A DNA stretch of 64,000 bases from Bacteroidaceae bacterium (GTDB lineage: Bacteria > Bacillota > Negativicutes > Acidaminococcales > Acidaminococcaceae). Location: NCBI GenBank assembly GCA_963611535.1, contig CAVDRP010000001.1, positions 376,122 to 440,121 of the forward strand, written 5' to 3'. The notes under the pieces are model-generated. The model did no database searches, had not been told where the DNA came from, and worked only from the letters and a program-made list of their open reading frames with translations. The first letter of the stretch is position 1. Every line of letters begins with the position of its first letter. Positions 19,784 to 30,572 of the stretch are shown piece by piece. Both the position numbers and the translations under genes were made by a program.

Positions 19784-21394
19784 TCACTTAAAAAGGCCAA
19801 AACGCTGGCCCAACGCCAACAATCTGCGTCCTACAAAAGGTACGTTGTCCAAATCCTCACGCTTCAGCCCTCCGCACCCCAAAAGTGCTAAAGCGTATGC
19901 AGGCACCGCTGCGCACATCGCAAACAGTACGCACCACATACCAGTGCCCTCTGTCAGTGCCAGCACGCCATAAATCACACCACCCATAACACCAGAGGCA
20001 ATCAGCGGACGGATAAGGCTATCAAGTGACAGCGTGTAGCCGGTCAGCTTGTAAATAAACACCATATTGATAACCGCTGCTACCGCAAAATCAGCCACAG
20101 TTGCCATGGAAGCGCCACGGATGCCAAGCTCCGGGATAGCCGTCAGCCACCAGCTCATTACCACCTTAACCACGCAGGCAATAATCATGTTGACCACGGG
20201 GATAGCAGTGCGTCCCAGTCCCTGCAAAATGCCAGTGCTGATCTGGTGCATGCCCAAAAAAAGAATGCCAATGCTCATCGTCTGGATGGCAGCAGCCGCA
20301 CCCGGAGCATTATAAATCAATCCTGCTACCTTTTCGGCCAAAAAATACAGACCCATAAAGCAGGGAAAGGTTATAATCATGGCCACGCGGAAGGCTATAC
20401 GGATTTTTTCACGGATAGCTGCAAAATTTTCTAGCGTGCGTGATTCCGAAATCGAAGGCACCAGGCTGATGGTCATAGCAGCAGTAAAAATCGTCGCTAA
20501 ATTCACCAGCGGTACCGCCATGCCTGTTAAATAGCCAAACAGCTCCGTGGCATGATGCACATCAAAGCCTGCAGCCTCCAGACGCTGCGGCACAATGAGC
20601 AGATCAAGGTTAGCGCCAATCGGCAGCATCAAGCTAGTAAGCGAAACAGGCAGGGCCAGCTTCAGCAGGCGTTTGATGATATGTCCTGCAGGCTCCTGCG
20701 GAATGCTGTCATCCTGCGCCGCCATTTCCTGCTGCAGACGACGCTTCAAGCGGCGGTAAAACCACATCAGCACCAGCAGCGCGCAGAAGGCGCCCACGCC
20801 TGCACCCATGCTGGCACCGCCTGCAGCAAGAGCCAAGCCGTAGGGCATAAACAAATCGGCAAAAACGAGCATGGTAATGACACGCGTCAGCTGCTCAACA
20901 ATTTCACTCACCGCTGTTGGCTCCATAATCTGCCAGCCCTGCAAATACCCGCGGAAGCTTGCCAGAAAGGTCACAAAAAACACTGCCGGAGCCAAAGCGA
21001 TGATAGAATAATAGGCACGTCCATCACGGATTATGTGACTATTGATCAGCCAGTCTGCGCCAAAAAATAGCGCCGATGAAAACAGCAGGCCACTAATCAG
21101 CAACAGCCGCAGTGATACATTAAACACACGCTTAGCGCCACGATAATCCTTGTTGGCCAGCTTTTCGGATGTGATAATAGAAATGGCTACAGGCACACCC
21201 GCACTGGACACGGTGATTGCCATAAGATAAATAGGAAAGCCCATTTGGTATAGGCCAATGCCCTCACCGCCCAAAACACGTGACAGTATAATCCAGTTCA
21301 ACGAGCCTATGACCTTGACCACAATGCTTGACGCAGTCAAAATCAAGGTTCCCTTCAAAAATTTACTATTAGAAGCTTTACTTTCTCCGCTCAT
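19784..21394 (-). CDS. MOP-superfamily flippase (SpoVB/MurJ-like polysaccharide biosynthesis protein)
   Basis: FLKGTLIL...LGGEGIGLY..G.P.AIS, RGYLQG; about 14 TM segments. Confidence 0.88.
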   Translation of the reverse strand: MSGESKASNSKFLKGTLILTASSIVVKVIGSLNWIILSRVLGGEGIGLYQMGFPIYLMAITVSSAGVPVAISIITSEKLANKDYRGAKRVFNVSLRLLLISGLLFSSALFFGADWLINSHIIRDGRAYYSIIALAPAVFFVTFLASFRGYLQGWQIMEPTAVSEIVEQLTRVITMLVFADLFMPYGLALAAGGASMGAGVGAFCALLVLMWFYRRLKRRLQQEMAAQDDSIPQEPAGHIIKRLLKLALPVSLTSLMLPIGANLDLLIVPQRLEAAGFDVHHATELFGYLTGMAVPLVNLATIFTAAMTISLVPSISESRTLENFAAIREKIRIAFRVAMIITFPCFMGLYFLAEKVAGLIYNAPGAAAAIQTMSIGILFLGMHQISTGILQGLGRTAIPVVNMIIACVVKVVMSWWLTAIPELGIRGASMATVADFAVAAVINMVFIYKLTGYTLSLDSLIRPLIASGVMGGVIYGVLALTEGTGMWCVLFAMCAAVPAYALALLGCGGLKREDLDNVPFVGRRLLALGQRFGLFK

Positions 21395-21643
21395 ACAATC
21401 CCCTTGCTTATGTGTAGATATACAGTATAATTATCCTCTTTTCTCTGCAAATTTACAAGAGGTTACACGATAAATGTCATAGATAGGTCACAGCTTTTTA
21501 TATTGTGCAGCCTGCTATCACGTCAAGAAGCAAACTGGAAACATCTTTCCCTGTCAGGAGCTAGAAATATTGCCATTAAGCTTCCCCCTGATCATCAGAA
21601 GGAAAGCGTTAGTTATGTCTAACTAAATTGAATTAAAAACTAA

Positions 21644-21685
21644 TGGATAATTATTATTGACAATTTAATCTTATTATGTTACTAT
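21644..21685 (+). promoter_or_regulatory. Sigma-A promoter of rubrerythrin with an overlapping PerR/Fur-like box
   Basis: TTGACA (21657) - 17 nt - TACTAT (21680) with extended TG; GATAATTATTAT immediately upstream. Confidence 0.6.
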
Positions 21686-21763
21686 ATCCTTGTCAAGGAT
21701 ACACAGATATGTGTTAAACAAAAATTAAGCAATGCATTATATATTATTATGGAGGAAACTACT

Positions 21764-22309
21764 ATGAAAAAATTTGTATGTCAAGTATGTGGCTATGTTT
21801 ACGAAGGCGAAGCTGCTCCGGCAAAATGCCCGCAATGCGGTGCTCCTGCAGCAAAATTTACGGAAATGGCAGCAGAAATGGGCTGGGCTGCTGAGCATGT
21901 TGTAGGCGTTGCCTCCGACGTTCCCGAAGATATCAAGGCAGATTTACGCGCTAACTTTAACGGTGAATGCTCCGAGGTTGGCATGTACCTGGCTATGGCA
22001 CGTGTAGCCTTCCGCGAGGGCTATCCTGAAATCGGCCTGTATTGGGAAAAGGCTGCCTACGAAGAAGCAGAGCACGCTGCCAAATTTGCCGAGCTTTTGG
22101 GCGAGGTAATTACCGATTCCACCAAAAAGAATCTGCAAATGCGCGTAGAAGCCGAAAATGGTGCAACTGCTGGCAAGGCCGACCTTGCTAAACGTGCCAA
22201 GGCTTTGGGCTTGGATGCTATCCACGATACCGTACACGAAATGGCCCGCGACGAAGCACGTCACGGCAAAGCCTTTGCCGGCCTGCTGCAAAGATATTTT
22301 GGCAAATAA
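21764..22309 (+). CDS. rbr: Reverse rubrerythrin (NADH peroxidase)
   Basis: N-terminal CQVC...CPQC rubredoxin-like site followed by a diiron domain with EAEH and DEARH. Confidence 0.92.
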   Translation: MKKFVCQVCGYVYEGEAAPAKCPQCGAPAAKFTEMAAEMGWAAEHVVGVASDVPEDIKADLRANFNGECSEVGMYLAMARVAFREGYPEIGLYWEKAAYEEAEHAAKFAELLGEVITDSTKKNLQMRVEAENGATAGKADLAKRAKALGLDAIHDTVHEMARDEARHGKAFAGLLQRYFGK

Positions 22310-22328
22310 TCCATCCGCATAATAAGCT

Positions 22329-22374
22329 AAAAACTCCTGCTACAAGTCTTTACGGACTTTCGCAGGAGTTTTTT
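22329..22374 (+). terminator. Intrinsic terminator after rbr
   Basis: AAAACTCCTGC...GCAGGAGTTTT stem followed by a T-run. Confidence 0.75.
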
Positions 22375-22487
22375 ACTCTTAATTCTCTTGATATGCTTTA
22401 TAATTTCCCCTGATTATGATATCATATACAAGTTAAGATATCTATTTAATGACATAGGTTATCACATTTTTCTAGGTGGTTTATTAT

Positions 22488-23159
22488 ATGCTTAATAGTA
22501 ACGAGTTTCGTTATCCTGCTATGCTTCGTGTTGCAGGCAAGCGTTGCGTGATTGTGGGCGGCGGCACTGTTGCAGCCCGCAAATTGCAGACGCTGTGCGC
22601 TGCAGGTGCCCAGGTAACAGTAATTGCTCCTGCTTTTTGTCCCCAATTGAAGCAGACAGCCAAAAGCTATTGCTGTACGCTCATCGAAGCTTACTACCAA
22701 CCACAGCAGCTGCAAAATGCCTTTGTGGTTATTGCCGCCACAGACGACAAGGCTGTCAACCGTGAAATTACCGCGGCCGCACCTGCTCTAGTAAACAACA
22801 TCACTGAACCGGAGCTGAGCAATTTTACTGTTCCCTCCTCTATCTGCGAGGGCAGCATTACCATTGCCCTAGCCACCGGAGGTATGCCAGCCTTCACACG
22901 GCTGCTAAAGCAAAGCCTGTCCGCCTTTGCCTCTCCTGCCGTTGCCGAATTCAATGATTTTTTGCTGGAGCAGAGAGAAATTGTCAAAGGCATAAGCAGT
23001 ACACCGCAGCAGCGGATGCTGCTTTGGCGTGGGATTTTAGACGAAGCACTGTTAAATTTAGTTATAGCAGGTAAGACTGCTCAAGCAAAGGAGAAAGTAT
23101 TAGATGCAGTTAACAGTTTTAGGATTGAATCACAAAACAGCACCTGTAGAAATTCGTGA
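22488..23159 (+). CDS. Precorrin-2 dehydrogenase / sirohydrochlorin ferrochelatase (SirC/CysG N-terminal type)
   Basis: VIVGGG.VA.RK, AATDD..VN, NF.VPS, IALATGG. Confidence 0.88.
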   Translation: MLNSNEFRYPAMLRVAGKRCVIVGGGTVAARKLQTLCAAGAQVTVIAPAFCPQLKQTAKSYCCTLIEAYYQPQQLQNAFVVIAATDDKAVNREITAAAPALVNNITEPELSNFTVPSSICEGSITIALATGGMPAFTRLLKQSLSAFASPAVAEFNDFLLEQREIVKGISSTPQQRMLLWRGILDEALLNLVIAGKTAQAKEKVLDAVNSFRIESQNSTCRNS

Positions 23160-24408
23160 GCGCTTTAATTTTTCTAACGACAGGGTTGCTAGTATTTTGC
23201 GCCGTTTGCGCAATTACGATAATATTCCCGAAGCCATGCTGCTTTCTACCTGCAACCGCACCGAGCTCTACATGGTTATCGAAAATCCGCACGACGCAGT
23301 TCCCTTTATCAAACGTCTTTTACAGCACGTAGCAGGCGAAAGCTATAATCCGGAATACTTTTACAACCTCACAGGCACGCTGTGCGTAAGGCATCTGTTC
23401 CGCGTCGCCTCCAGCCTCGATTCGCTTATTGTAGGCGAAGGCCAGATTTTGAGCCAGATAAAAAATGCCTATCAGATTGCCCGCAACAGCGGTATGACAG
23501 ATACTATTTTAAATACGATTATGAACAGAGCCATTGCTGTGGGCAAGCGCGTACGCACCGAAACTAAAATTGCCTATAGCAGCGTTTCGGTTTCCAGTGC
23601 CGCTGTTGATTTAGCTATCAAGATTTTGGGTGATTTAAGCAAAGCGCAGATCCTTGTTGTCGGCGCAGGCCATATGAGCGAGCTGACAGCGCAGCACCTT
23701 TTAGACAAGGGTGCGCAAACCATCTGCGTCAGCAACCGTCACTACGCAAGAGCGCAGGAGCTTGCAGGCAAGTTCCGCGGCACCGCTATTCCCTACCGCG
23801 CTATGTTCGAGCATGCTGCTGATGCAGATATCATCATTACCTCTACAGGCGCACCACATTATGTGCTGACAGTGGAAAACCTTGGCCCGCTGCTACCTAA
23901 GCGCAATGGCAGACCGCTGATTTTGATAGATATAGCTGTACCGCGCGATGTTGACCCACGCCTGGCCGATACCCCTGGTGTAACTATTTACAATATCGAC
24001 GATTTGGAAGGTGTAGTTGATACCAACAAAAGCTTCCGCGACAAGGAGGCCCATGTTGCCGAAGCTATTATTGCTGAAGAAATTGCCGCACTCAAGGAAC
24101 GCCTGCGCTATTACACCATGCGTCCTGTGATGGTGCAGCTGCACGATAAAATGAACTTTTTGCGCCAAAAGGTGCTCAAAAAGGCATTTATCAAGCTTCC
24201 CGGCCTAACAGAGCAGGAGCGTCGTATCATTGATTTGATGACCCAGCGCTTGGAGCACAAATTCCTGCGCGAGCCAATGATTGCTATGAACGCTGTTGCT
24301 GGCACAGGCGAAGAAGAACGTTATAAAAAAATGATGTGTGATTTGTTCTTGTTGAACGAAACAGGAGAGGAGTTTGGTGATGAAGGCAAAATTGACGATT
24401 GGGACTAG
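23104..24408 (+). CDS. hemA: Glutamyl-tRNA reductase
   Basis: GLNHKTAPVEIRE, STCNRTE, LDS...GE.QI, DIAVPRD. Confidence 0.96.
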   Translation: MQLTVLGLNHKTAPVEIRERFNFSNDRVASILRRLRNYDNIPEAMLLSTCNRTELYMVIENPHDAVPFIKRLLQHVAGESYNPEYFYNLTGTLCVRHLFRVASSLDSLIVGEGQILSQIKNAYQIARNSGMTDTILNTIMNRAIAVGKRVRTETKIAYSSVSVSSAAVDLAIKILGDLSKAQILVVGAGHMSELTAQHLLDKGAQTICVSNRHYARAQELAGKFRGTAIPYRAMFEHAADADIIITSTGAPHYVLTVENLGPLLPKRNGRPLILIDIAVPRDVDPRLADTPGVTIYNIDDLEGVVDTNKSFRDKEAHVAEAIIAEEIAALKERLRYYTMRPVMVQLHDKMNFLRQKVLKKAFIKLPGLTEQERRIIDLMTQRLEHKFLREPMIAMNAVAGTGEEERYKKMMCDLFLLNETGEEFGDEGKIDDWD

Positions 24409-25300
24409 ACAAAGCCTGCTGGCCCTATGGCAAAGCAACCATATTGCAGCATTGCTGCGTAAAAAATACCCCGAATGCGAGGTAGTGCTCAAAAAAATCG
24501 TCACCAAGGGCGACCGCATTTTGGATGTACCTTTGGCGCAGATTGGCGGTAAGGGACTTTTTACCAAGGAAATTGAATGCGAGCTGCTTGACGGGACTAT
24601 TGATCTTGCCGTACACAGCCTCAAGGATATGCCAACTGTGCTGCCAGAGGGACTGTGCCTGACAGCCATCACCGAGCGCGCCAATGTTGGGGATGCCTTT
24701 GTCAGCAACAAATATGCTAATTTTGAGGAGCTGCCCTTGGGTGCAGTTATCGGCACCAGCAGCCTGCGCCGCAAGGCCCAGCTCTTGGCTGCACGTCCGG
24801 ATCTGGAAATCCGCGACCTGCGTGGCAACGTAGACACACGCCTGCGTAAGCTGGACGAAGGTTTATACGATGCGATTATTTTGGCTGCTGCAGGCCTGGA
24901 GCGTCTGGGTCACGGTGACCGCATCAGCAGCTTGATTGCACCTACAGTCTGCCTGCCGGCTGTCGGACAGGGAGCATTGGCGATAGAAGCACGCACTCAA
25001 GATAGCGAAGTACGTGCTATGCTGGACTTTTTAAACGACCTGCCCACCAAGCAGGCCACCGATGCCGAACGTGCCTTCCTCGGCCTGGTCGAGGGCGGCT
25101 GCCAGGTTCCCATCGGCGTGCATGCCGACGTTGTAGCAGAAAATATTAATATTGAAGCAATTATTGCATCCTTAGACGGCAGCACCGTGCTGCGCGATAC
25201 TATTACAGGCAATGCGGCGGATGCCGTAAGCCTGGGACGTAAGCTGGGCAATAAAATGCTGGCTAACGGCGGTCAGGAAATTCTGGCCTCTATTCTTTAA
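24380..25300 (+). CDS. hemC: Hydroxymethylbilane synthase
   Basis: GTR.S.LA.WQ, GGKGLFTKE, VHSLKD, LRGNVDTRL, GGCQVP. Confidence 0.96.
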   Translation: MKAKLTIGTRQSLLALWQSNHIAALLRKKYPECEVVLKKIVTKGDRILDVPLAQIGGKGLFTKEIECELLDGTIDLAVHSLKDMPTVLPEGLCLTAITERANVGDAFVSNKYANFEELPLGAVIGTSSLRRKAQLLAARPDLEIRDLRGNVDTRLRKLDEGLYDAIILAAAGLERLGHGDRISSLIAPTVCLPAVGQGALAIEARTQDSEVRAMLDFLNDLPTKQATDAERAFLGLVEGGCQVPIGVHADVVAENINIEAIIASLDGSTVLRDTITGNAADAVSLGRKLGNKMLANGGQEILASIL

Positions 25301-25313
25301 GGAGAGTGACACT

Positions 25314-26831
25314 ATGACAAAACAGGGTAAAGTATATTTAATTGGCGCAGGCCCCGGCGATCCGGGACTTTTAGGCTTAAAGGCCAAGCATTGCTTGGAA
25401 ACTGCTGACGCTGTTGTTTATGATCGTTTGGCAGATCCACGCATTTTAGCCTTCGCCCGCAAGGACGCCGAAATGATTTACGTAGGCAAGGCCAGCGCCA
25501 ACCACACCATGCGCCAGCCTGATATCAACAAGCTGCTGGTGAAGCTGGCAGCAGAAGGCAAAACTGTTGCCCGCCTAAAGGGCGGTGATCCCTTTGTCTT
25601 TGGCCGCGGTGGCGAAGAAGCTATTGAGCTGAAGGATGCAGGCCTGCCCTTTGAATTTGTCCCTGGTGTTACCAGTGCCATTGCCGTTGCCGAATACGCC
25701 GGTATTCCTGTTACCCATCGCCATGTAGCTACCTCCTTTGCCGTAATCACCGGCCATGAGGACCCCACTAAGGGCGAATCCACCATCAACTGGAAGGGAC
25801 TAGCAACAGCAGTCGATACCCTCGTCTTTTTGATGGGTGTAGAAAATATTGAAAAGATCAGCAGCCAGCTCATTGCCAACGGCCGTAGTGCCTCCTGCCC
25901 TGCAGCAGTCATCCGCTGGGGCACCCACCCAGAGCAGCGCACACTCATCACCACCTTGGGCAGTGCCGCCGCTGATGTAAAGGCAACAGGCATGAAGCCG
26001 CCTGCCATCTTCCTGGTGGGCGAGGTTGTGCGCCTGCGCGAGCAGCTGCAATGGTTTGACAACAAGCCTCTCTTTGGCAAAACCGTCATCGTAACCCGCG
26101 CCCGTGCGCAAGCCAGTGCGTTAACACAAAAGCTGGAAGCACTTGGTGCCAAGGTCATCGAGGCTCCTGCTATCAAAATTGTGCCTGCCAGCGATTATGC
26201 ACCACTCGCTGCAGCCATTAATGATATCGCTAGCTATAAATGGTTAATTCTTACCAGCGCCAACGGCGTAGAATATTTCTTTGAGCATCTGCAGGCTGCA
26301 GGCAAGGACGCCCGCGCCCTGGCACACACCAAAATTGCCGCTATCGGCAGCGCCACCGCCAAGGCTTTGGCTGCCCATGGCATCACTGCTGACCTCATCC
26401 CCTCTGCCTACAGAGCCGAGGAGTTAGTAGAAGCATTGCAAAGCCAGGTAGCAGAGGGCGACAAAATATTGCTTGCACGCGCTAAGGTGGCACGCGAGGT
26501 GCTGCCTGAGGCTCTTCGCAAAATGGGAGCAGCAGTAGACGTTGTCACTGCTTACGAAACCGTTGCTGACTGCGAAAACAAGGACGAGCTTATTGCCGCA
26601 TTGGAAAGTGGTGAAGCCAGCGTTATCACCTTCACCTCCAGCAGCACTGTCACCAATCTTTTGCAGGTATTGGGCGACAAGGCAGAGCTTTTGCACAAAG
26701 CAGCTCTTGCCGCTATCGGCCCTGTTACCGCCGATACCCTCACAAAGCATGGCTATACCGCCGCTATTAACGCAGCTGAATATACAATTGACGGCCTGAC
26801 CGAGGCCATTTTGCAACACTATAAGGAGTGA
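25314..26831 (+). CDS. cobA: Fused uroporphyrinogen-III C-methyltransferase / uroporphyrinogen-III synthase (CobA-HemD)
   Basis: GAGPGDP and RLKGGDPFVFGRGGEE; C-terminal HemD domain (VTRA, TSANGV, FTSSSTV, IGP.T). Confidence 0.93.
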   Translation: MTKQGKVYLIGAGPGDPGLLGLKAKHCLETADAVVYDRLADPRILAFARKDAEMIYVGKASANHTMRQPDINKLLVKLAAEGKTVARLKGGDPFVFGRGGEEAIELKDAGLPFEFVPGVTSAIAVAEYAGIPVTHRHVATSFAVITGHEDPTKGESTINWKGLATAVDTLVFLMGVENIEKISSQLIANGRSASCPAAVIRWGTHPEQRTLITTLGSAAADVKATGMKPPAIFLVGEVVRLREQLQWFDNKPLFGKTVIVTRARAQASALTQKLEALGAKVIEAPAIKIVPASDYAPLAAAINDIASYKWLILTSANGVEYFFEHLQAAGKDARALAHTKIAAIGSATAKALAAHGITADLIPSAYRAEELVEALQSQVAEGDKILLARAKVAREVLPEALRKMGAAVDVVTAYETVADCENKDELIAALESGEASVITFTSSSTVTNLLQVLGDKAELLHKAALAAIGPVTADTLTKHGYTAAINAAEYTIDGLTEAILQHYKE

Positions 26832-26837
26832 TTTAGC

Positions 26838-27827
26838 ATGAGTATCACAGGCTTTCCTGTATATCGTCCACGCCGCACGCGCGCTACCGAAAATCTGCGT
26901 GCTATGGTCCGCGAGACCGAAGTATCTGTTAAGGACTTAATTTATCCTATCTTCGTCGTTCCCGGCGAAAACATCAAGCATGAAATAGAATCCCTCCCCG
27001 GCAACTACCATTGGTCGATTGACCGCCTGACTGAATGTGTAGACGAGGTTGTTTCCCTGGGCATTCCTGCAGTTTTGCTCTTTGGCGTGCCTTCCTACAA
27101 GGACGCTGTAGGCAGCAGCGCCTGGGATATGAACGAACCCGTACAACTGGCCTGCAAGCTGATTAAAGAAAAATATCCTGAGCTTGTTATCATCACCGAT
27201 GTATGCATGTGCGAATACACAGATCACGGCCACTGCGGCGTTTTGCAAAACGGCTGCACCGTCAATAATGACGAAACCCTGCCGCTTTTAGCTAAGGTAG
27301 CAGTGTCGCACGCCCAGGCTGGTGCTGATATGATTGCTCCCTCTAATATGATGGATGGCTACGTTAAGGCTATCCGCGAGGCATTGGACGCAGCAGGCTT
27401 TAATCATATCCCCATTATGGCTTATTCTGCTAAATTTGCTTCTGCCTACTACGGTCCCTTCCGCGCTGCTGCTGACTCTGCTCCCTCCGCCGGTGACCGC
27501 AAGGGCTACCAGATGGACCCTGCCAACAGTGACGAGGCCCTGCGTGAGGTTGCCCTGGATATTGAAGAAGGTGCAGATATCGTCATGGTAAAGCCTGCCC
27601 TGGCCTTTTTGGACGTTGTACAGCGCGTACACGACACCTTCAACCGTCCGCTGTGCGTTTACAATGTCAGCGGTGAATATGCTATGGTGAAGGCTGCTGC
27701 TGCAAAGGGCTGGATTGACGAAAAGCGCATTGTTATGGAAACCATGCTCGGCTTTAAGCGTGCAGGTGCCAAAATGATTATCACCTATCATGCCCTAGAC
27801 GTAGCTAAATGGCTGCTGGGCAAATAA
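26838..27827 (+). CDS. hemB: Porphobilinogen synthase
   Basis: [31 protein letters not shown]. Confidence 0.97.
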   Translation: MSITGFPVYRPRRTRATENLRAMVRETEVSVKDLIYPIFVVPGENIKHEIESLPGNYHWSIDRLTECVDEVVSLGIPAVLLFGVPSYKDAVGSSAWDMNEPVQLACKLIKEKYPELVIITDVCMCEYTDHGHCGVLQNGCTVNNDETLPLLAKVAVSHAQAGADMIAPSNMMDGYVKAIREALDAAGFNHIPIMAYSAKFASAYYGPFRAAADSAPSAGDRKGYQMDPANSDEALREVALDIEEGADIVMVKPALAFLDVVQRVHDTFNRPLCVYNVSGEYAMVKAAAAKGWIDEKRIVMETMLGFKRAGAKMIITYHALDVAKWLLGK

Positions 27828-27840
27828 GGAGACTCGTAAA

Positions 27841-29139
27841 ATGGAACATACAAAATCTGCTGCTGCCTTTGAGGAAGCGCGCAATTTTATCCCTGGCGGC
27901 GTAAACAGCCCTGTACGCTCCTTCCGTAGCGTAGGAGGAGTACCGCCCTTCATCGCAGGCGGCAAGGGCAGCAAAATTTATGATATCGACGGTAACGAAT
28001 ATATTGACTATGTTTTATCCTATGGCCCGCTGCTCATGGGCCATGTGCCTGACTGCGTAGTTGCAGCTATTAAGGCTGCTGCTGAAAAGGGTACATCCTA
28101 TGGCGCTCCTACTCTGGCCGAAAGCGAGCTGGCTAAATTAGTCTGCCGCCTGGTGCCTTCTATGGATATGGTGCGCATGGTCAACAGCGGCACTGAAGCG
28201 ACAATGAGCGCCTTGCGCCTGGCACGCGCCTATACCGGCCGTGATTGCATTGTTAAATTCATCGGCTGCTACCACGGCCACCACGATAGCCTGTTGGTTA
28301 AAGCAGGCAGTGGCGCTACCACTCTCGGTGTTCCCGACAGCCCTGGCGTCCCCAAGGCAGTAGCAGCTACCACCATCACCATTCCCTTCAATGATCTGCC
28401 TGCCTTGGAGCAGGTTTTTGCCGAGCGTGGCGAGGAAATTGCCTGTGTCATTATGGAACCCACCCCGGGCAACATGGGCCTGGTACTGCCGCAGGACGGC
28501 TATTTGGAAGCAGTACGCGCCATCACGAAAAAGCATGGTGCCCTGCTCATCTGCGACGAGGTTATGAGTGGCTTCCGTAGCGCCCAAGGTGGCAGCCAGT
28601 CGCTTTATGACATCGACCCCGATATCACCTGCCTGGGCAAGGTTATCGGCGGTGGCCTGCCTGTTGCAGCCTATGGCGGCAAACGCGAAATTATGCAGAT
28701 GGTTTCGCCTGCTGGCCCCATGTATCAGGCTGGTACCTTAAGCGGCAACCCGCTGGCTATGGCTGCAGGTATCGCTGCCCTCACCTACATGGAGCAAAAC
28801 GACGTTGTCAGCCGCGCTGAAAGCCTTTGTGCCATCCTTACTGGCGGCCTGGAAAAGGCTGCTGCTGCAGCCGGCGTGCCTGTGCAGGTACACCGCCTTG
28901 GCAGTATGTTCACTGTCTTCTTCAACGACAAGCCTGTCACCGATTTTGACAGTGCTGCCGCCAGCGACTTGGAAGCCTTCAAAATTTACTTCCATTCTAT
29001 GCTAGAGCAAGGCATCTACCTGCCTCCCTCTCAGTTTGAAACCAACTTTGTTTCTGTCACCCATACGCCGGAGGACCTGCAAAAGACCATTGATGCAGCC
29101 AAAATTGCCTTCGCTGAGGTTGCGAAAGCAAAAAAATAA
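27841..29139 (+). CDS. hemL: Glutamate-1-semialdehyde 2,1-aminomutase
   Basis: [36 protein letters not shown]. Confidence 0.97.
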   Translation: MEHTKSAAAFEEARNFIPGGVNSPVRSFRSVGGVPPFIAGGKGSKIYDIDGNEYIDYVLSYGPLLMGHVPDCVVAAIKAAAEKGTSYGAPTLAESELAKLVCRLVPSMDMVRMVNSGTEATMSALRLARAYTGRDCIVKFIGCYHGHHDSLLVKAGSGATTLGVPDSPGVPKAVAATTITIPFNDLPALEQVFAERGEEIACVIMEPTPGNMGLVLPQDGYLEAVRAITKKHGALLICDEVMSGFRSAQGGSQSLYDIDPDITCLGKVIGGGLPVAAYGGKREIMQMVSPAGPMYQAGTLSGNPLAMAAGIAALTYMEQNDVVSRAESLCAILTGGLEKAAAAAGVPVQVHRLGSMFTVFFNDKPVTDFDSAAASDLEAFKIYFHSMLEQGIYLPPSQFETNFVSVTHTPEDLQKTIDAAKIAFAEVAKAKK

Positions 29140-29157
29140 GTTAACTCACTCTTGATC

Positions 29158-29198
29158 AAGCCTGCAGCTACTTATCCACTAGCAGCTGCAGGCTTTTT
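29158..29198 (+). terminator. Intrinsic terminator after hemL (its loop contains a DnaA-box-like 9-mer)
   Basis: AAGCCTGCAGCT...AGCTGCAGGCTT followed by a T-run. Confidence 0.75.
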
Positions 29199-29315
29199 AT
29201 TCATAGCAGCTTATGCACATCCTTACCCAAAGTTATCCCATTAAAACCTTACTTATCCACAGTTTTTGTGCAAAGTTATCCACAGTGTGTATAACTTTTG
29301 TGGATTGGTGGATAA
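29172..29315. promoter_or_regulatory. DnaA-box cluster
   Basis: Four perfect TTATNCACA boxes (29211, 29253, 29276 on +; 29286-29294 on -) plus near matches at 29172, 29233, 29267, 29299 and 29307. Confidence 0.85.
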
Positions 29316-29470
29316 ATCCAGCATTTTATCAAGCTACTAATTTCATAATAGTAAAGCATATTATTTTTATTGACATATTAATTATAGATGATATAATACA
29401 AGGAAGTAGGGTATTTAAATTTTCCTTACCGTTTTTTGATAAGTATGTAGATAAAGGAGTGCTATCGAAA

Positions 29471-30463
29471 ATGAAAAGTCTAAAAAAATTTGCTGTTGCA
29501 TCTATGACTTGTGCTGCTCTCTTAGGCTTTGCTGCTACCAGCCATGCCGCATATCAACTGAACGACGAAGTTAAAGACGCTACCCCTGCGCTGCTTATGG
29601 CATCTCAGATAGGTGTAAAAACTAATGTAAACAAAGCTTTGGCTAACCTGCCGGACAAGGATGCCATCGTAGTAATGAGCTTTGGCACCACTTTTAAGGA
29701 CAGCCGTGATAAAACCATTAACCCCACTGTTGAGGCTATTAAGGCTGCACATCCCGGCGTGAAGGTTGTCACCGCTTATACCTCCCATATAATTATTGAC
29801 CGTGTAAAAGCCAACGAAGGCATTACCATTCCTACTCCGGAGGAAGCCCTGAAGGAATTGAAGGCAGAGGGCTACACCCGCATTGCCCTCACCTCTTTGG
29901 ACATCATCCCTGGCATGGAATATGCCTACAAGGATGCAGTTTATAACCTGCACAAAAATGATTTCAAAAAAATGACCTTTGGCACACCGCTGATGTATTG
30001 GCAGGGTCAGGAGGAACAACCCGATGACATCACCCAAACCATGAAGGCTGTTGCTACCCAATTCCCCAAACTGGGTAAGAAGGACGCAGTTTTGATCATG
30101 GCTCACGGTACTCCGCATCCATCCAATGCTTACTACGCAGTAATGCAGGATCGTCTGACTGAGTTGGGCTACACCAATGCTTACATCTTCTCCGTTGAAG
30201 GCTGGCCGCATTTGGATACTGTTGTTCCGCAAATCAAGGCTAAAGGCATTAAAAATGTAACCCTGATGCCTTTGATGATGGTTGCTGGTGATCATGCTAA
30301 CAACGATATGGCCGGTGATGAGCCTGATTCGTTTAAATCTCAATTGGAAGCAGAAGGCTTCAAGGTTAGCACCTATATCCACGGCTTGGGCGAAAACGCC
30401 GAAGTACAAAAGCTCTTTGTAGAACGTGCTAATGATGCTTGGGACGCTCTGCAAGCTAAATAA
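29471..30463 (+). CDS. cbiK: Sirohydrochlorin cobaltochelatase CbiK-family protein with a signal peptide (exported)
   Basis: SFGT, AYTS, MAHGT.H, PLMMVAGDHA.NDM; N-terminal Sec signal ending in ASHA-like ATSHA; TTGACA/TATAAT promoter at 29370-29397. Confidence 0.88.
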   Translation: MKSLKKFAVASMTCAALLGFAATSHAAYQLNDEVKDATPALLMASQIGVKTNVNKALANLPDKDAIVVMSFGTTFKDSRDKTINPTVEAIKAAHPGVKVVTAYTSHIIIDRVKANEGITIPTPEEALKELKAEGYTRIALTSLDIIPGMEYAYKDAVYNLHKNDFKKMTFGTPLMYWQGQEEQPDDITQTMKAVATQFPKLGKKDAVLIMAHGTPHPSNAYYAVMQDRLTELGYTNAYIFSVEGWPHLDTVVPQIKAKGIKNVTLMPLMMVAGDHANNDMAGDEPDSFKSQLEAEGFKVSTYIHGLGENAEVQKLFVERANDAWDALQAK

Positions 30464-30572
30464 GCCTGCTCGCTGACAGTCCGTTATTATCAACCTTTTT
30501 ACTCTCCGTCCGCTTTCTTGGGGCGGAGAGTATTTTATGCTATAAAAAATTTAGAAAAACGAGGTACTATAC

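Noticed and set aside
29172..29400. Chromosomal origin oriC
   Set aside because: No dnaA/dnaN/rpmH/gidA nearby, no convincing DnaA-trio run, and no skew switch apparent by eye; kept only as a DnaA-box cluster.
29213..29470. 86-aa N-terminal extension of the first cbiK in the ORF track
   Set aside because: It runs through the DnaA-box cluster and promoter; the RBS (AAGGAG) supports ATG 29471.
29400..29470. Cobalamin riboswitch upstream of cbiK
   Set aside because: The leader is too short and lacks the GGGAA/B12-box elements.
29522..30493. 323-aa - strand ORF, and similar long antisense ORFs at 3959-4789, 13259-14152 and 43549-44376
   Set aside because: They fully overlap well-supported genes on the opposite strand and have no recognisable domains.
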